Shown here in pieces: positions 1 to 13,951 of a stretch of 64,000 nt of DNA. The stretch lies in assembly GCA_051362555.1 (NCBI GenBank), contig CM120646.1, positions 10,354,001-10,418,000 of the forward strand, given 5' to 3'. The position numbers and the translations under genes are program-made. The notes under the pieces were generated by a model, which saw only the letters and a program-made list of their open reading frames with translations, ran no database searches and was not told the DNA's origin. The stretch's first letter is position 1. Each line of letters opens with the position of its first letter. This stretch comes from Lingula anatina. Lineage: Eukaryota; Animalia; Brachiopoda.

Positions 1-405
1 AGCAATAAAAATTCATAGGACGTATATGTGCTACATACTGGTATACTAGTATTTCAAAACACACCACTGATACAGTAAATCTCATATCCTAATCCACCCC
101 TAGATGAAACAATATTATGAAGATCACTGGCTGTGTGAACAGTTTTAAGTATGCTTGACATGTACTTCCAGGGTTTGATCAAAGTTTGGTCACTTGGAGA
201 AAAATACCATTAATCCCAGGGAATTTCGTGAAGTATTAATTTTTTGCCAGAAAATCTTACAATGCACATCTTTACATAAATAATTCAACACGCTTTAGAA
301 CAAAATTGCATAAAGACACAATAATATGTACTATGCCGGATTACTATTGTTTCACTTTGCGCCATTTACATGTATTTTAAGTTACACCAGGTCTGCCAGT
401 GATAT

Positions 406-470
406 TGACAGGGCTACGTACGCTTTTAACGAATTTTTGCTCAAATTTCGCTCTGAATTATATTCATTCA

Positions 471-503
<33 letters not shown>

Positions 504-986
504 GGGGGACAGCTGCCCCCCCCCCCCTCGGATTTGAGGTGCAAAAAAAAAAAAATAAATAAATAATAATCGCAAAGGTAAAAAAAAATGCAAAGTTGGT
601 ATCAATTCTGTGAGAAAATGCACTCATGGCCACTAGACAATCATTCAACAATCTGTTTACAAAGGAGTACTGTTTTTAGCCAACTCACTTCATGCTCACT
701 CTCCCTTAGGGAGCTATCCCCCAGGCCAATTGGCGTGTTGTGTTGAAAAAATGACTGTACTTATGGCAAAATGAACCCACAATTTCTGACTTCTGATTGA
801 GCAATAAATAACAGTTAAAATGCACCAGAATGCAGTATTATACTTACAGTTTTTTTAAAAAATTTTCCACACCGTGGAAGGGGGACACCCCCTCCCACAC
901 CTTACCCCCTAGGGGGCTTCGCCCCCTCGTGTCCACTTACTGCCCCCCCCCCCCCCTGGCATTTTGCTCAGGCTACGGCCCTGTCA
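406..986. mobile_element. MITE-like element with poly-G/poly-C runs
   Basis: 9-bp terminal inverted match TGACAGGGC (406-414) / GCCCTGTCA (978-986). The right end GGCTACGGCCCTG resembles the ends of the short elements at 30907 and 44737. Internal G/C homopolymers; no credible ORF. Confidence 0.5.
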
Positions 987-2229
987 TTAGTAAAATCAAT
1001 AAGTTAGAATTCCACAAATTGGTGCAACTTTTTTACTCTGCCGTCTTTAGACTTACGACTGCGACTGTATGTTTGAAATGACAGCAGTTTAAGTAACCTG
1101 TCGGTACTGTTTTATTGGCAGCTACGTAAACAAACGTCAATCTCTACAAACATCCACATGATAGATAATATAACTATAGCTGTCGAAGAGAAAGTAGGCC
1201 GAAGAGAGCCACGGTCCTCAGAAGTATAAATCTGAGCAGATGAATGAAAAAGGTCTGTTTTCACATAGTTTAAAATATGTATCATATCACTAGCTGGTGA
1301 AGCATACTATTTCGGTCTCTATGATTTTAATTATTTTATTTTTAAAAAATTAAAAATTTTGTTTTAATCACAGGAGTGTTTGGAAAAAAACTGTCAGCTT
1401 AAGCATCGTTCATGGGGGGGGGGGGGGGGGGGGGAGAAGCGTACTTCTGAGAGCTGTTAATTAAAAAAATTAAACCAAGTTTTCAGCTCACCTAATTTAC
1501 ACCTGAATTAATACACGCATTTGCACCCCCACCTTTAATAATTACATATTTCTTTTTAGTTAATTAGTTAATCGTGTCACTATAATATATCAGCCTTATC
1601 GCATAATTATTTTTTAAATTCCATTACAAAACATTCCGGTGACTCCCTTCGCCACATAAGTTTTCATGTAATTATTAAACAGAGCAAAAAATGTCCTTAT
1701 CTCTGTAGTATTATAAAGTAGATCAACAACGCCAGATTAGGAATGGGATGGGAGACTTGAAACTCATTATCCATAATTAAAGAATTTGTACTTCTTTTTC
1801 TAATTATAAACGACCAAGGTGGTCACATTTTGAAACCTGTCATGTCTCAACATGGTTGTGCTTGTTGAAGCTACTCTTAAAAAGGTTTACTCTAGAAAAA
1901 AAGGAGGCAAATCACATACAGCATTATATGCTCTCCTTAAGAAAACAGAAGGAAAAATATAAATAATGTTTATGTCCGTACATATAGAAAATAGAAAAAA
2001 AGAAAATTTAGATAAGAATTAACAGTCACAAATGAAAATTATGCTAATAAGCAAATAAATTGATGAGTAAAAAAGAATTTATCAATAGAAAGATTTACAT
2101 ACTCAAAGAATAAAAAATATTGAAATTAAAAAATAATAAAAACTGGTTCAGTTCTAAATATCAAAAATAGGAAAAAGTTAAGGATTGAAGGGCGTTGACG
2201 AGCCTGTATCCGCTGCACAACGACAACAG

Positions 2230-2264
<35 letters not shown>

Positions 2265-2806
2265 ATACTTTTCAAACTAGGGCTTCGACACAGTCCAGAC
2301 TGACATACTGAAAATGTACAGATACAAGTAAATAAATAATGTAATAGAATAAAGACAAAAATAAATGATAAACAATGATTGCAATAAAATTCTTAAAAGA
2401 ATGCCCCCCCCCCCCCAAGCTTACAACGTTGGACAGGGAATTGTTAAAAAACCACAAAGACGACAACGTCATTTGACCTTACACACTGAGGGTAGTAAGT
2501 CAGTGTGACGTGCCGGACAAACGGGGTCACGGTGTGCCGTCATCAGCCGAGCGAATCCTTCCGTATTTCAGTCTTGCCTCGGGTATAGACTAACATGCAA
2601 TTTGTTTGCGTTAAGACATCCTTTAAGTGAGATGTTCTTTTACCTGGCTCATTGTTATCAATATGGCGAAGGCAATGTCGACAATGTCCTCCCAGCACCC
2701 CTAACACCTCTTGTCTTTCAACCCGTCCTCACCTCACCGGCCCCTGTCATTACGGGGCGACACTGCCATTTACATAAAGGCTAGTTCCAGCTTTGTTCTT
2801 TTTCAG

Positions 2807-2844
2807 TCCGTTTGAATATCTGTTGACTGTTAACTCCAGTGCAG
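2807..2844 (+). other. candidate non-coding 5'UTR exon of the CUB-like gene
   Basis: Pyrimidine tract + TTTCAG acceptor and CAG|GTATGT donor 38 nt apart. No transcript evidence. Confidence 0.3.
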
Positions 2845-2994
2845 GTATGTCTTTCTATCGTATTATTTTCTATATGTAGTATAACGCCAATGAAGGCAAG
2901 CGTTTTATTACATGTACTGGTATATTCTGATTCTTTATTGACAAACACCTTCACATAAAGGTATAATCAATTACAATACGATACTAGTGGCTTG

Positions 2995-3058
2995 AAGCAC
3001 AAGTTGAAGTTGTATAAGCACAAGCACAAGTTGAAGGTATAAGCACAAGTTGAAGTTG
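2995..3058. repeat. short degenerate minisatellite (GCACAAGTTGAAG core)
   Basis: Three copies of GCACAAGTTGAAG separated by GTATAA(GCACAA) spacers. Confidence 0.7.
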
Positions 3059-3961
3059 GTCACCTTTGGAGTCAGCCGATGGAATAGGATATTATGAAGA
3101 TATGAACAACCAAGATAGCTGTGTTTTACTTTTTCTTCTAGAAACGTAACATGCGTATTTACCAGTATATGTGTCGCATCACTCTTCAAATGATGTATCG
3201 ATTTAGCCCATTTTATAAGCATGGAAATGCTTGTCAATTTCATCAGTCGGGATATTTGTGCCTTAAAGCTGCTAAGAAAGACGTGTGTCGGTTTCTAGCA
3301 CAGATTTACAATATTTGGGACTCCATGTTAAGGTGTTTCATACATGCAGGGCAAATTCAAGCGAGAACCTTGGTAAATAATAAATCTACAAAAAGTGGCC
3401 ACTTAATATTCTGTAAATGCGCGCACTGCTTTTAAGGCATTCAAACGGACAACTAACACATTGTTGTTCTAGCCGACATTAATTTCGTCTGTTTTTCATG
3501 TTTCAATGTTCTCCACTAAAGTCATTTTCCGCGTATGCATACTCCAGCTACATTTTTTTCTTTTGACTTTCCTTGCTCGAAGTAAAACGCCATCCAAGTA
3601 ATTCAGCATCCACTTAATTATAAGGAAATATATTAGTAAGTAGTTAACAAATGGAATATTATTCTCGGTCTGTTTTAACAATAGCACAGCCTTTTAAAAA
3701 TATGGCCACGCCAAACGCCGATGGGAGGACGTTAACATCTAAGATGTTTCCCAATTTTATCAAAACAATAATTCTTTTGTTACACTAGTTTTCCGGATGG
3801 AATCCTCTCTAATCTGTTTCACATCTTACAGGTTTCAGTGTTAGGCGTCCCAAGTCATTGTATGGTCTTTAGGAACACGTGGTAATTACCGCCATTACGT
3901 AATCTCAAGCACACATATTAAAAAGCCCCCCGTGTATGTATGCAGACCCCTATGCACGATT

Positions 3962-5002
3962 ATGTATGTATGTGGGTCACACTGGCTTTGTCTGAGCATT
4001 TGCACAGTATGCATATGTGATATTATCACTTCAGCTGAAGACGGAGGTACGAGTAAGGGCAGGGAATTAACCAAACCGCAGAACGAAGGACGCGAACGGC
4101 ACGTACTTATTGCATCGACCTGAACGCCAACGGTTGGGTTAAATATTAAGGTAATGTGTGCTCTCTTAGTTTCTGTTTGTTGATTGTTTTTAGACACTTG
4201 CTTTTGGTTTCTTATCTAAAAATTGCTGTATTCGATGAGGCAGCTAAAATTCTGCTCATCAGGCTGAATTTATCTTTGTTTGGAAAAATTTCACCTTGCC
4301 CGGCCGGTTTGTATGGAGAAAAACTCCTTCTCGGAATGCTCTTTTAAACAACGTGTTTTAGTGACAGAATTGTACTAAGTACTTTCTCAATGAGAAGCCA
4401 TCTTTTGGGGAATTTCTTTTCTGTAATGGCTACCAAGACAGTAGACAAGGTGAAAACGGCCTCCGAGTATCGCTGGAGTATCAGCAAGACTCCCCTGCAG
4501 TGTACATGCACGTTATAAGCATATACATTTGTGATACCGGAAAATTTTATTCTTTTGAAATGCCACAAGAGTGGGAGACCTTTTCTTATAATCATATATA
4601 ATCATAATCATATATCAAATGTGGAAATATGATATTCAAGTTTAAATGTAATCGTCAGTCTCCCAATGTAACGATAGTTTTTTTTTCACAGGGCAGTGTT
4701 AAAGAATGCCGTGGAGGCGTCTTCTTTTCGCTCTCCAACTGGTTGGCTTAAGCAGGTTTCAAGTCAATGGAGAGGATACATATTGTAAGTATGGTACAAA
4801 AGTGGACCCAATGCCCCTTCCCCATTTTCCTAAAATACGAAAAACGGATAAAACGGATAAAACTATTTAAACAAATATATACACTTAAATGAAAAGAATA
4901 AACATAATGACAATAACAAAAAGAAATTAATATATAAAAACATGAGAATATAATGAAATTATAAAACGATGGAATAGGATTTCAACCCCTATTTCTTACA
5001 AC

Positions 5003-5053
<51 letters not shown>

Positions 5054-8000
5054 GACCAGAGTTAGTGCACAATTAAAAAAATTAAAGCCATTAAAAAAAG
5101 TTACTTATCCTCTTTGTTTTTAAAACACTTGGAACAGGAACTTATGATGTTTTATGAAGAATAGAAGTGGAAGAATTTTAATATAATTAAGTTGCAGCGC
5201 CACCTGCTAAAAGTAGTTGAAGATTTTGCTTCAGTAAATGATGATTTGTCTGCTCGTCGTCTTGACATCTTTTCTAAAACATTGACGCTGGGTTCTTTAA
5301 TTTAGACCCGCTGTACAATTCTTGTGAAACATTCAAGATGTGACGAACGAAATGGCATTATCTCGGGATGATAAACTGCATACTTATCAATAGTGAATTG
5401 AAATATTTATTTCTTTGCACCCTCCCTCCCCCACTTCCCCGTTTCACCACCACCACCACTTGTGCTACATGTATGTTTCACAAATGGAAGTTTAAATGTT
5501 ATGATGAAATATTTGGTCTACTTCAGTTCGAGATCAGTTTGTGTAAGCCTTCCAAATCAGAGTTACTATTTGTCAGAAATAATATTTTCCTTATGTAATA
5601 GGTACAATATTTTTCTTATTTGCACTGCTTCTGATTTATCCTGGGACAGAGAAGACTAATTGCTAGTCTGAAAGTTCTTTTATAAAGCAGACTTAAGGGT
5701 GGTCACCTCAAGTTACGTGTCCTTACGTGTCTTTATTGATATACCTTCACAAATAAGGTACAATCAAAGACAGCACATCTAACTTTAACAGAGTACAATC
5801 AAATTAATGAATAAATATACATGATTTTAATGTTTGCATAAAGGCGATATAGATAAATACGTGTTAAAAAATCAGTTTACCAGGTCTGGCAGCTTATATT
5901 AGATCTCACACTGGAAAAGGAATGTTTACTGACCTTTACTGATCTCGACCTTTACGTATAAAGTACATTCATAGAGGTTAAACAGACAACTCCTGCTACA
6001 GATACGTAAATCTGCAGGACGTGGACACACATTTAGATCCAATTAAATAAATGTATAATAATACCAATAAATTAATTTATAAAAAGATATATTTAAAATG
6101 TACAATGATAATCTATAGGTGATGAGTTTAAATACATATACTGGAAAGAGTACAATGTATTAAGAGAGGGCCTGTTCCCTTTGTTGGAAGCATCTATTTA
6201 CAAAACACATAACCATTCTAAGAATATCTAAGTCTTGAGCACCCAGAAGAAAATTAAACAGTTCATTATTGCTGAGGTCACCTAGGGGTAGGAACTCTGA
6301 CAGCTGCCCTCTAAAGGGATCACGTATTGAATCATATGCTTTGCACTCTAGCAGGAGGTGGAACTTATCTTCTACTTTATTCGAATCATAATTCAAGGCC
6401 TAAAGTTCAGAACATCACTTGACCGGATTCATTAAGACGTGGTCCTTTTCCATGCGCCTACACAGGTGTAATTATGTGGTAAGTGCGGTGTAATAACCTC
6501 ACCCGGCCTTCTTCCTGTAGTTAGGCTGTTTGAACGTCTACTGGAAACTCACCTCTAACATCAGCGAACACTGATGGAAGATACAACGCCGCGGGGAGGT
6601 GTACTGAAATCAGGGCCTACGGATTTTATAAAGTGCGCAGTAGTAAGGGTTGCTGTTGGTTGTAGCGGATGGTTGAGTGTTGAGTCGAGGGGACGGACAA
6701 CTATTAACGTCGTTCACTGGTCCAAGCAAAAGATGCAAAGCGGTGGTCCACTTTACGCCAACCAGTAAACAAAGCAAAGCGGGGTCCCATCTTCATCCAA
6801 CCAATGATAACCAATGCAAGCAGCCCCCCAGCCCCCTCATACATGTAGACCACGTGCAGTACAGTGGCATCACAAATGATATCTCATTTTGTAATCTTCA
6901 TTTTACCTACTCGTGTCTGGAGACCAGGTGTTCTTTCTTCATCGAAAAAGAACTTGTTATCCCAAGTTCCACTTTTTCGTTTCCTGTGATGTATGTATGC
7001 ATCTGCGCTGTTGTAGTCTCTGATGGAAAGTTTACAAAACAAATATGCCCGAAAATAAGTCAGTTTGTGTCGATCACTTTTATTTGTGAAATTGCCCATC
7101 AAATACTTCATCTGTGTGAATTGTAAGCGTTCAGCATAGAAGAGGGTTTTACTGATGAGTGAATGAATGTTTTCTTTATTTTAATAGACTCGATGGACGA
7201 TGGCGGGAGTTGCTGGAGGAAGAACGCCAAGTATAAAGCACTGTCGTCTGCGTCAACTGTGGAAATGTACGCGTGGGGTCCTGGCGGCACGAGCAGCGGC
7301 GTCGTAGGGGATCCGACAAGCTGTCGTTTTCTTTTCAAGGCGCAGGATTTGGATCATGTTCTCACTGTAGACTTCAAATCAGGCTTCTTCTGGAGCAACA
7401 GAAGTGATTCCTATTTAGTCTTTTACGACGGCGACCAAAGCAGTCATGAAATGGTACGTTAACAAAACCGAACATCATGAAATTCGAATCTTATTTCTAA
7501 CTAGAGGTCTTCCACGATGTGTACGCCCTCTTCTCTTTCTTTAATATATTTCTTTTTTTTCTTTCGTTCTTCCTATTATTTTGTATCGTTACATTTTTAT
7601 GAAACTATACACAGAGCTCATGAGTGTAAACTTGGAAGTGGTATGGTAAATAGTCAATCTGTTTTTACATTTTAGTTGCGTTTATCTTCCAAATCATCGA
7701 CACCTAAGATGCCATACAGTACCAACAGTCGATTCCTATCTGTTCGCATGATAGCGGGCAGTAGGAGCAGCATAGATTTTCACTTTAAAATAGTCGCAAC
7801 ACTGCGGATAGAGGAGAAAGTTAAAATGATGACGCGTGACCCAGACCTGGGTAAGTTAAACCACCCCCCCCCCACACACACACACACTCTCTCTCTCTCA
7901 GATACAGGCTACTCGTAACATACTACCTTCATTTGCTAACTGCATTGCATTCTGAGAAAAGTAAAGGTTGCACATAGTTCCGATTCTGACAGAGAAGTGC

Positions 8001-9296
8001 TGCCGCTGCTTCGCTAACACAGTTGATTGTAATCTTGTAAGTAGTGAGTGATTTAGAGGGAAACGCATTATCTATATATAATGTTATATGGCATTTACTT
8101 TGAATCCCTCCTAAAAACGCATATTTCACTGTTTTTGTTGAAATATAGTGGATTTAACTAAAATAAAATTGGACAAACAGTTCAGACAGAAAATATCGGT
8201 TCGCCCATTTTTTTAAAAATAAACTACGTCTACTGAACCGATTCGGCGTTAGCCTACTATTGTTAAATGTGACCTACGTTCACGTCTGCATTTTAGACTT
8301 TTCTTCTTCCACTGGGATTTTCAGCGTATTATCATCGCTCCATGGACAATAGTGGGAGCTGCGGGGAAGTCGTATCTGTCTATCGCTCCGACGTGGAGGA
8401 CGTCAGAGCTGCGCCGGGATCAAATCTGCCATCAGTGTGTCAGTTAGTATTCAAATCCGCGCTCGCCCCAGTGTCGCTCAAAATGGAGTTTCACGAGATG
8501 AATCTGATCAGCATTTGGTCGATCCTGAGACTTTACGATGGAGATAATGTGAAGAGTCCACTTTTAGTAAGTTTTTATGTATTTGTTTGCAGATTATTAG
8601 TGCAATACGTAATCAATCTGTGTCCCTGCAGTTCTTTTTTACCAATATGTAATTACCTTTGATGTATATTGGACATGAATATCGACGACAAGTCTCCCTG
8701 TTAGACCAAAACGATATTGTACAACCATGAAAACTGAAATCTGGAGAGGGGACAGAGGTGAATTATGACCGGGAATTCCTCCATGAAACAGGTTGCTGCT
8801 GAACTTTCTCTGATAATGTCTATATTGGCTTTAATTAACTAGTTAATACCAAATCACAATCTCAGCATTGGTTTGTAAACAAGATACACAAGAGTAATTA
8901 TGAACAAGCTATTCCGAATACATAATTTCATCACAAACTTACTTTCCTTTTTTTTTATTGTTTTCAGATGACACTGAACAGTACCACAGATATGCCCAGC
9001 GAACCCATCCTGACGTCGGGCGGGTTTCTTTTGGTGCATTACAGTCGTGACTCAAGATCGTTAGACTCGCTTCACTTTACTGTTCGCCAAGGTAGGTTGA
9101 ATCCGTGTGGGCCCTCGCACTCAGACTGAAAAAGACGTCACCAGATAGGTGCAATTTTGAAAGTAAGCGCCACGGCGAAAGAATTTTTTTTCACTAACTC
9201 TCTTTTGTTGTTCGTATGCCGTCACGTCTCTTGTTCCTTTTTATAAACAAGAAAAGCAGGAGATATCTCGTAAAACACGAATGGACAACATATGAT

Positions 9297-9333
<37 letters not shown>

Positions 9334-10549
9334 ATTTGTGTAATTTCGCGATTGTCCCGCTTCATAAATAATACCCCATGAGCTCCCGCTACTCCGACGC
9401 AGAAGCCACGAAAATGGGCTCATTTCTTTAGTCACAACCTAGTTGATGCGATAGCTAGATCAAATATATACATTAAACAACGTTATCTGGACATAAAAAA
9501 ATCTCTTCGGTATCTTGGAAAAATTCTTTTAATGGAAGGCTTGAGCTACTCTGCAAAGTCATATATTTTTCATCGAACTTATGCTCATGGTGGACTCAAG
9601 AAATCACCCCGTTTTGCTTCTTTTCAGGCACCCCTTATAAAACTGGCCAGGCGTTCCACGCTGCTGCTGTGTTGGGAGGCATGTCGGCCACTTTGGTGGT
9701 GTTTCTGATCATCACAGCGGGTCTATGCACCTACTTTCCTCAACGTGCCGCAGAGCGAAGACTAATGGAACAACGTAAGTCACTGAGAGTAGACCCCATA
9801 GTTTCTATGGAGGTGCATGGCGGTATTGATTCGTTTCGATTGTTTATTTATCTATTTTCCCTTTTTGCGTTATTGAAGATTAATTTAGAAATTTTAGTTT
9901 TCCGTTTTTTTAGATTTATTAACAAGGTTGAATATACAATCAAGGCGATTTATAAGGCTTGCTGACGACAAAATCTCGGCTGTTTACATAAATCAACAAA
10001 GTTAATTATATTTTTCACAATCGCATCAAAGTTTTATAAGGAGCAATCGTGGAGAATGTGATGAGGTTGCATAATGATGGCATCAGTGTGAGTAGCTTAC
10101 AGCACATGGGGATTCTATCATCATTTGTATCTAGGCCAGTGATTTATGGGGTCCCTAGGGCTACCTAGCTACTTGAAGGGAGTTCGAAAAAATCAGAAAA
10201 CGTGTAAGATAAAAGGCATGTCGTCGTTTTATAAATCAAAATTACAGTATTTACGTAATTTTTAGGAAGAGCGCAGGCAACAGAGCAAGCCCATCGTCAA
10301 AACCAGGAGCATATTATACGCAGTTACGTCATAGCTCCGCCCCCTGCCTACAGCGACTTGGACTTTCCGGATCCGTCTTCTCTTGCTCAACTACCCACTT
10401 ATAGTGACATTGAAGCAAATCCTCAAGCATATTTGGTAGTGATGCCTCTTCCCTATGGTTTTATCCCACGGCCGACGAGTGCAGACAACCACTGTGATAG
10501 TGCACAAGGCATTGACCATGATGCTTCTACGTCATGCAAATCCACGTGA
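3962..10549 (+). CDS. orphan type-I transmembrane protein: two divergent CUB-like domains, one TM helix, cytoplasmic PPAY and LPTY motifs (~440 aa)
   Basis: Exons 7188-7453, 7676-7850, 8325-8566, 8968-9091, 9628-9774 and 10266-10549 join in frame with GT-AG sites (phases 1-0-1-0-1-1). Two repeats: SMDDGGSC..SCRFLF..LVFYDGD..STNSRFLSV and SMDNSGSC..VCQLVF..LRLYDGD..TSGGFLLV. TM segment AAAVLGGMSATLVVFLIITAGLCTYF. The first exon 3962-4046 (MYVCGSHWLCLSICTVCICDIITSA-EDG, phase-1 donor GAG|GTACGA) is a less certain signal-peptide candidate. Confidence 0.8.
5004..5048. repeat. (TA)n microsatellite
   Basis: Direct reading. Similar (TA)n tracts at ~13530-13579, 48711-48750 and 63342-63377. Confidence 0.95.
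5193..5210 (-). promoter_or_regulatory. CTCF-like motif
   Basis: Minus strand TAGCAGGTGGCGCTGC resembles the CTCF core CCAGCAGGTGGCGC. Motif match only. Confidence 0.35.
5713..6396 (-). mobile_element. 5'-truncated LINE (CR1/L2/Crack-type) ORF2 C-terminus plus 3'UTR and tail
   Basis: ORF 6160-6396 has VEDKFHLLLECKAYDSIR, the typical VEDE-H-LL-C--Y--R C-terminal motif of non-LTR ORF2. The minus strand ends with AATAAA followed by a (GACACGTAA)2 tail. A related tail fragment lies at ~2933-2970. Confidence 0.7.
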
Positions 10550-10607
10550 CGAACGGAAGTGACGACATGATGTGAAGAGAGAGAGAGAGAGAAATAGAGA
10601 GAGGCAG

Positions 10608-10900
10608 CATTCACAACAGATGATCCCCAGATTTACCAGTCCGAGGATCAAATATTGCCAACTCCACTTGAAAGCAATGCCGATTAATCCCCTAATGGTC
10701 TCCCGCCTACCAAATGCGCCATCCCCGCAGGGGTCTAGCAATCAAAACCATTTTTATTTAGCTTTAATTGTTAGGCCTCTACAAGGATGGCTCATGTGGT
10801 AGGCAAGAGACCATTAAAGGTTAATCGGCATTGCTTTAAAGTATGGTCCACCATATTTGATCCACGGACTAGTCTGTCCGAGGGTCCTCTGTGGTGAATG
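10608..10900. mobile_element. palindromic MITE-like inverted repeat immediately 3' of the CUB-like gene stop codon
   Basis: Arm 10608-10716 is an imperfect reverse complement of arm 10793-10900 (e.g. AAAGCAATGCCGATTAA / TTAATCGGCATTGCTTT). A related element lies at 61748-61910. Confidence 0.8.
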
Positions 10901-13524
10901 GGACCAGAGAGAGCAGAAAGAGGAATTTTAAATTTAAATAAGGGACAGATATTTTTTCAAAAGAGTGAAGTGCAGACTAACATGGGTCTGCTCTTATGGA
11001 ACACATTATTTTCAAGATAGATATGTGCTTTTATGGAAAATTTGACTGTGGACAATCTAATTAAAACAAAGCAAGGGGGGTATGGAGAGATACCATTATT
11101 ATATGGGGATACTGGGTTCACTTCTCATCATGGGCTTTGGAGGACATAAGAATCGAGTTAGGGTGCATTCCCTATTAAACCATCAATCTATACATAGATT
11201 GTGACTCTGAATGCAAATAAGCTTAATTGAATGACAAGCCTCTTCAGCAGCAAGGGGGGTATTGATTTTGTGTGAAAATATTTTTCTTAAAAGCTGAACA
11301 CACACAAAAATTAATCACTCCTTAGATGTTGAGAAAATGTCATTCAGTTATTCTTGACTGCATTCAGCAAGGGTCCCTGCAAAATTGGATCGATTTAAAA
11401 CAAGTTTCGTTGGATTATGAAACAGTCACTTTGAAATGCAGGATATAACCTCCATCACTGCAAAATATTCAAGGTCTCAACCTTTTCATAAGTATGCTTG
11501 TGTTGAAGGGAATATCCAACATTTGACAAGAATGTATGTATCCATGTATTATATAAAATAGAGCTTTCTCTAAAGTGATCCTTAAAAAATGATAGATACA
11601 ATTCAAATCACTCAGTCAATTTTATTCTGCAGTTAAAGAAACAGTTACAAATACAAAGAGTGACTGTAACATACATAAGAGACTGGACGTGCACATGGTA
11701 AAGTTACGTCATATCGTGTGACGTCATGGTCACCATGTTACTGTCAAGACTGTTGCATGTTGGAAGATACTGGCCTACTAAGTTGGACGCTATAATTCAA
11801 TCATTTATCACTTGGAATAAACTGATGTTAAAACAAAGCAACTATGGTATACAAGTCCTGTCCTTTATGTGTGGGTGATGTATATTTATCGTAAAATATG
11901 AAATAATGGATATTCAACACCTTGTAATGCTTCCAGTAGTCATTTGTATAGAGTTAATTTTTTTAATACTTGATAGAGCTGTTCCTGAATTTCTCAGGAA
12001 CTATCTTGAGTTGAGCTTTTTCTTCACTACTTTTTCTAATAAATATTATTCCATAGATAACAATTCTAACTGTTATGGAAAATTGATAAGAAATGACACT
12101 TTTCAATCGAAAAATATACACACCCATAAAGCCAACAAAAGTTTATGAAGCATTTTTACAAGTATTTGAACAAAGTAATGAATAGGTAAACTCTATGTAA
12201 AGAGAAAGATTTAGATAAACATACAAAGAAAAAAACAACTGAATCTGATCATTGCTGATTACATATTTTTGTACCCTGGTGCCGATTCAAAATATACAAA
12301 TACCGGCTTGAAATACCAGCAATACCGAGTTATAATCAAGTCCATAATTATATCCAATAAACAAAGTATACAAAGATGATATCAACTGTAGCAAAACCAC
12401 TACTAATTTAATGTAAATGCAGGAATTTAATTTCATCATTCGTTGTTTCATCATTTCTATCCCTTCAAAAGGAACTATTTTTATATTTGTTCATGATTTA
12501 CAATCAATTGTCAACCTTTTTCATTATTAGTAAAAATCTATAATTTTGCTACTTCTTTGTAAGAGGATCACAACAGCTGTCATATATATATATATATAGT
12601 AAAGTGTGCTGCAGGTTGCCAAACCACCAATTATAAGAAGAGTAGTTGCATAGTTATCCAGTGGTTTGTATCTAGAGGATGATTCAGGCATTCAGCCACA
12701 CCAAAATTCAGTACGTATATCTCTATATATTTTTATACATATATTGGATTCTTTTTTAGTACAGTCTAAAGCATTAACAGCCAAGAAAAAAAAAAAGTAG
12801 CAATTAATTGAGGCAATGACTACATTCCCCAACTGAAAAACTGTATGTAATATACTGTAATTCATTTTTTTTTTTACTTTTTCACAAAAATGTCTTTATG
12901 TCTTGCAGACCATATCATCCTCAGATAATAATACCCACCACAGCAATAAAATGAAGCTGACCTTTAGGTTGATGCACTTAATCAATGTAATCCCCACTAT
13001 GTTCCTTCACCAACACAAAATTAATGTAATAGTATAATCACTTAAAACTACATCTATACTAAAAGTTTGAATAAACTACATTAAATGAACATACACCTTA
13101 GCTAATTTTAACATTTGCTTTAAGCTTCATTCCAACTTTTCTACGCAATTAAAACAGTTGGACTTCATCAACACTCTGTGTACATTATTCCATGACATCA
13201 TTAATGTATGTGTATTACATCATTAACAATGCATATTACATCATCAAAAAATGAGCACTACTCATCACACAGCACTTCACTACATATTGCCTCAGGCAAA
13301 TAGATCATCAACAAAATATACACAAATCACCTTCTAGTGCTTGTCCTTCGTCAATTTTGTGACACTATGTCACAAGTTTGCATAGATCTCTCCCCCACCA
13401 GATCACGCTATATACAAGTATTAAATTCATTTAAAAATGCTGTTAATTGATACATATTTTCTCTGCTGGATTAAAAGTTGCAGTTTATTAGGAATGATAA
13501 ACAAAGGAAGATAACTATGAGAAA

Positions 13525-13580
<56 letters not shown>

Positions 13581-13917
13581 GTATATAATCATAATCTTCC
13601 TTTTGGTCCTCTTGGGTTATTTGTACTGTACTGACATATCTAAATCATCTCATTCAAACAGGCCTGAGCCTCTATACCATATAGTGTATGTGATAATACT
13701 AGTCTTGCCTGTTACAACCCAGCTTCACAATATGGTTTACCTTAAAATTAAGTGCCAAATATACAAAGCATAAGCAGATGACCAAAGTGATTGAACAGAA
13801 AGGCAATGTGCACACACTACTACTCTATCCTACCAGCAGTATTACAGATTATGTACAGCAATATTATTTCATGGTAAGAAAAAGGCACTTTCCTAGTATG
13901 GTCCTGGATATATATTA

Positions 13918-13918
<1 letters not shown>

Positions 13919-13950
<32 letters not shown>
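13919..13950. repeat. (TG)n microsatellite
   Basis: Direct reading. Confidence 0.95.

Positions 13951-13951
<1 letters not shown>

Noticed and set aside
326-651. Poly-Gly and poly-Pro ORFs
   Set aside because: Produced by G/C homopolymers within a MITE-like repeat.
4692-4784. Exon-like segment with a good acceptor and a GTAAGT donor
   Set aside because: Gives an immediate stop in the phase required by the CUB-like gene, and nothing else supports it.
6574-7126. ORFs 6574-6768 and 6677-7126 as first exons of the CUB-like gene
   Set aside because: No signal peptide and no convincing start with a phase-compatible donor; 3962-4046 fits better.
7030-7150. Minus-strand SKTLFY..KYL..NKSDRHKLTYFR resembling the LINE ORF2 region upstream of the fragment at 6160-6396
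   Set aside because: Similarity too short to call by eye; needs a profile search.
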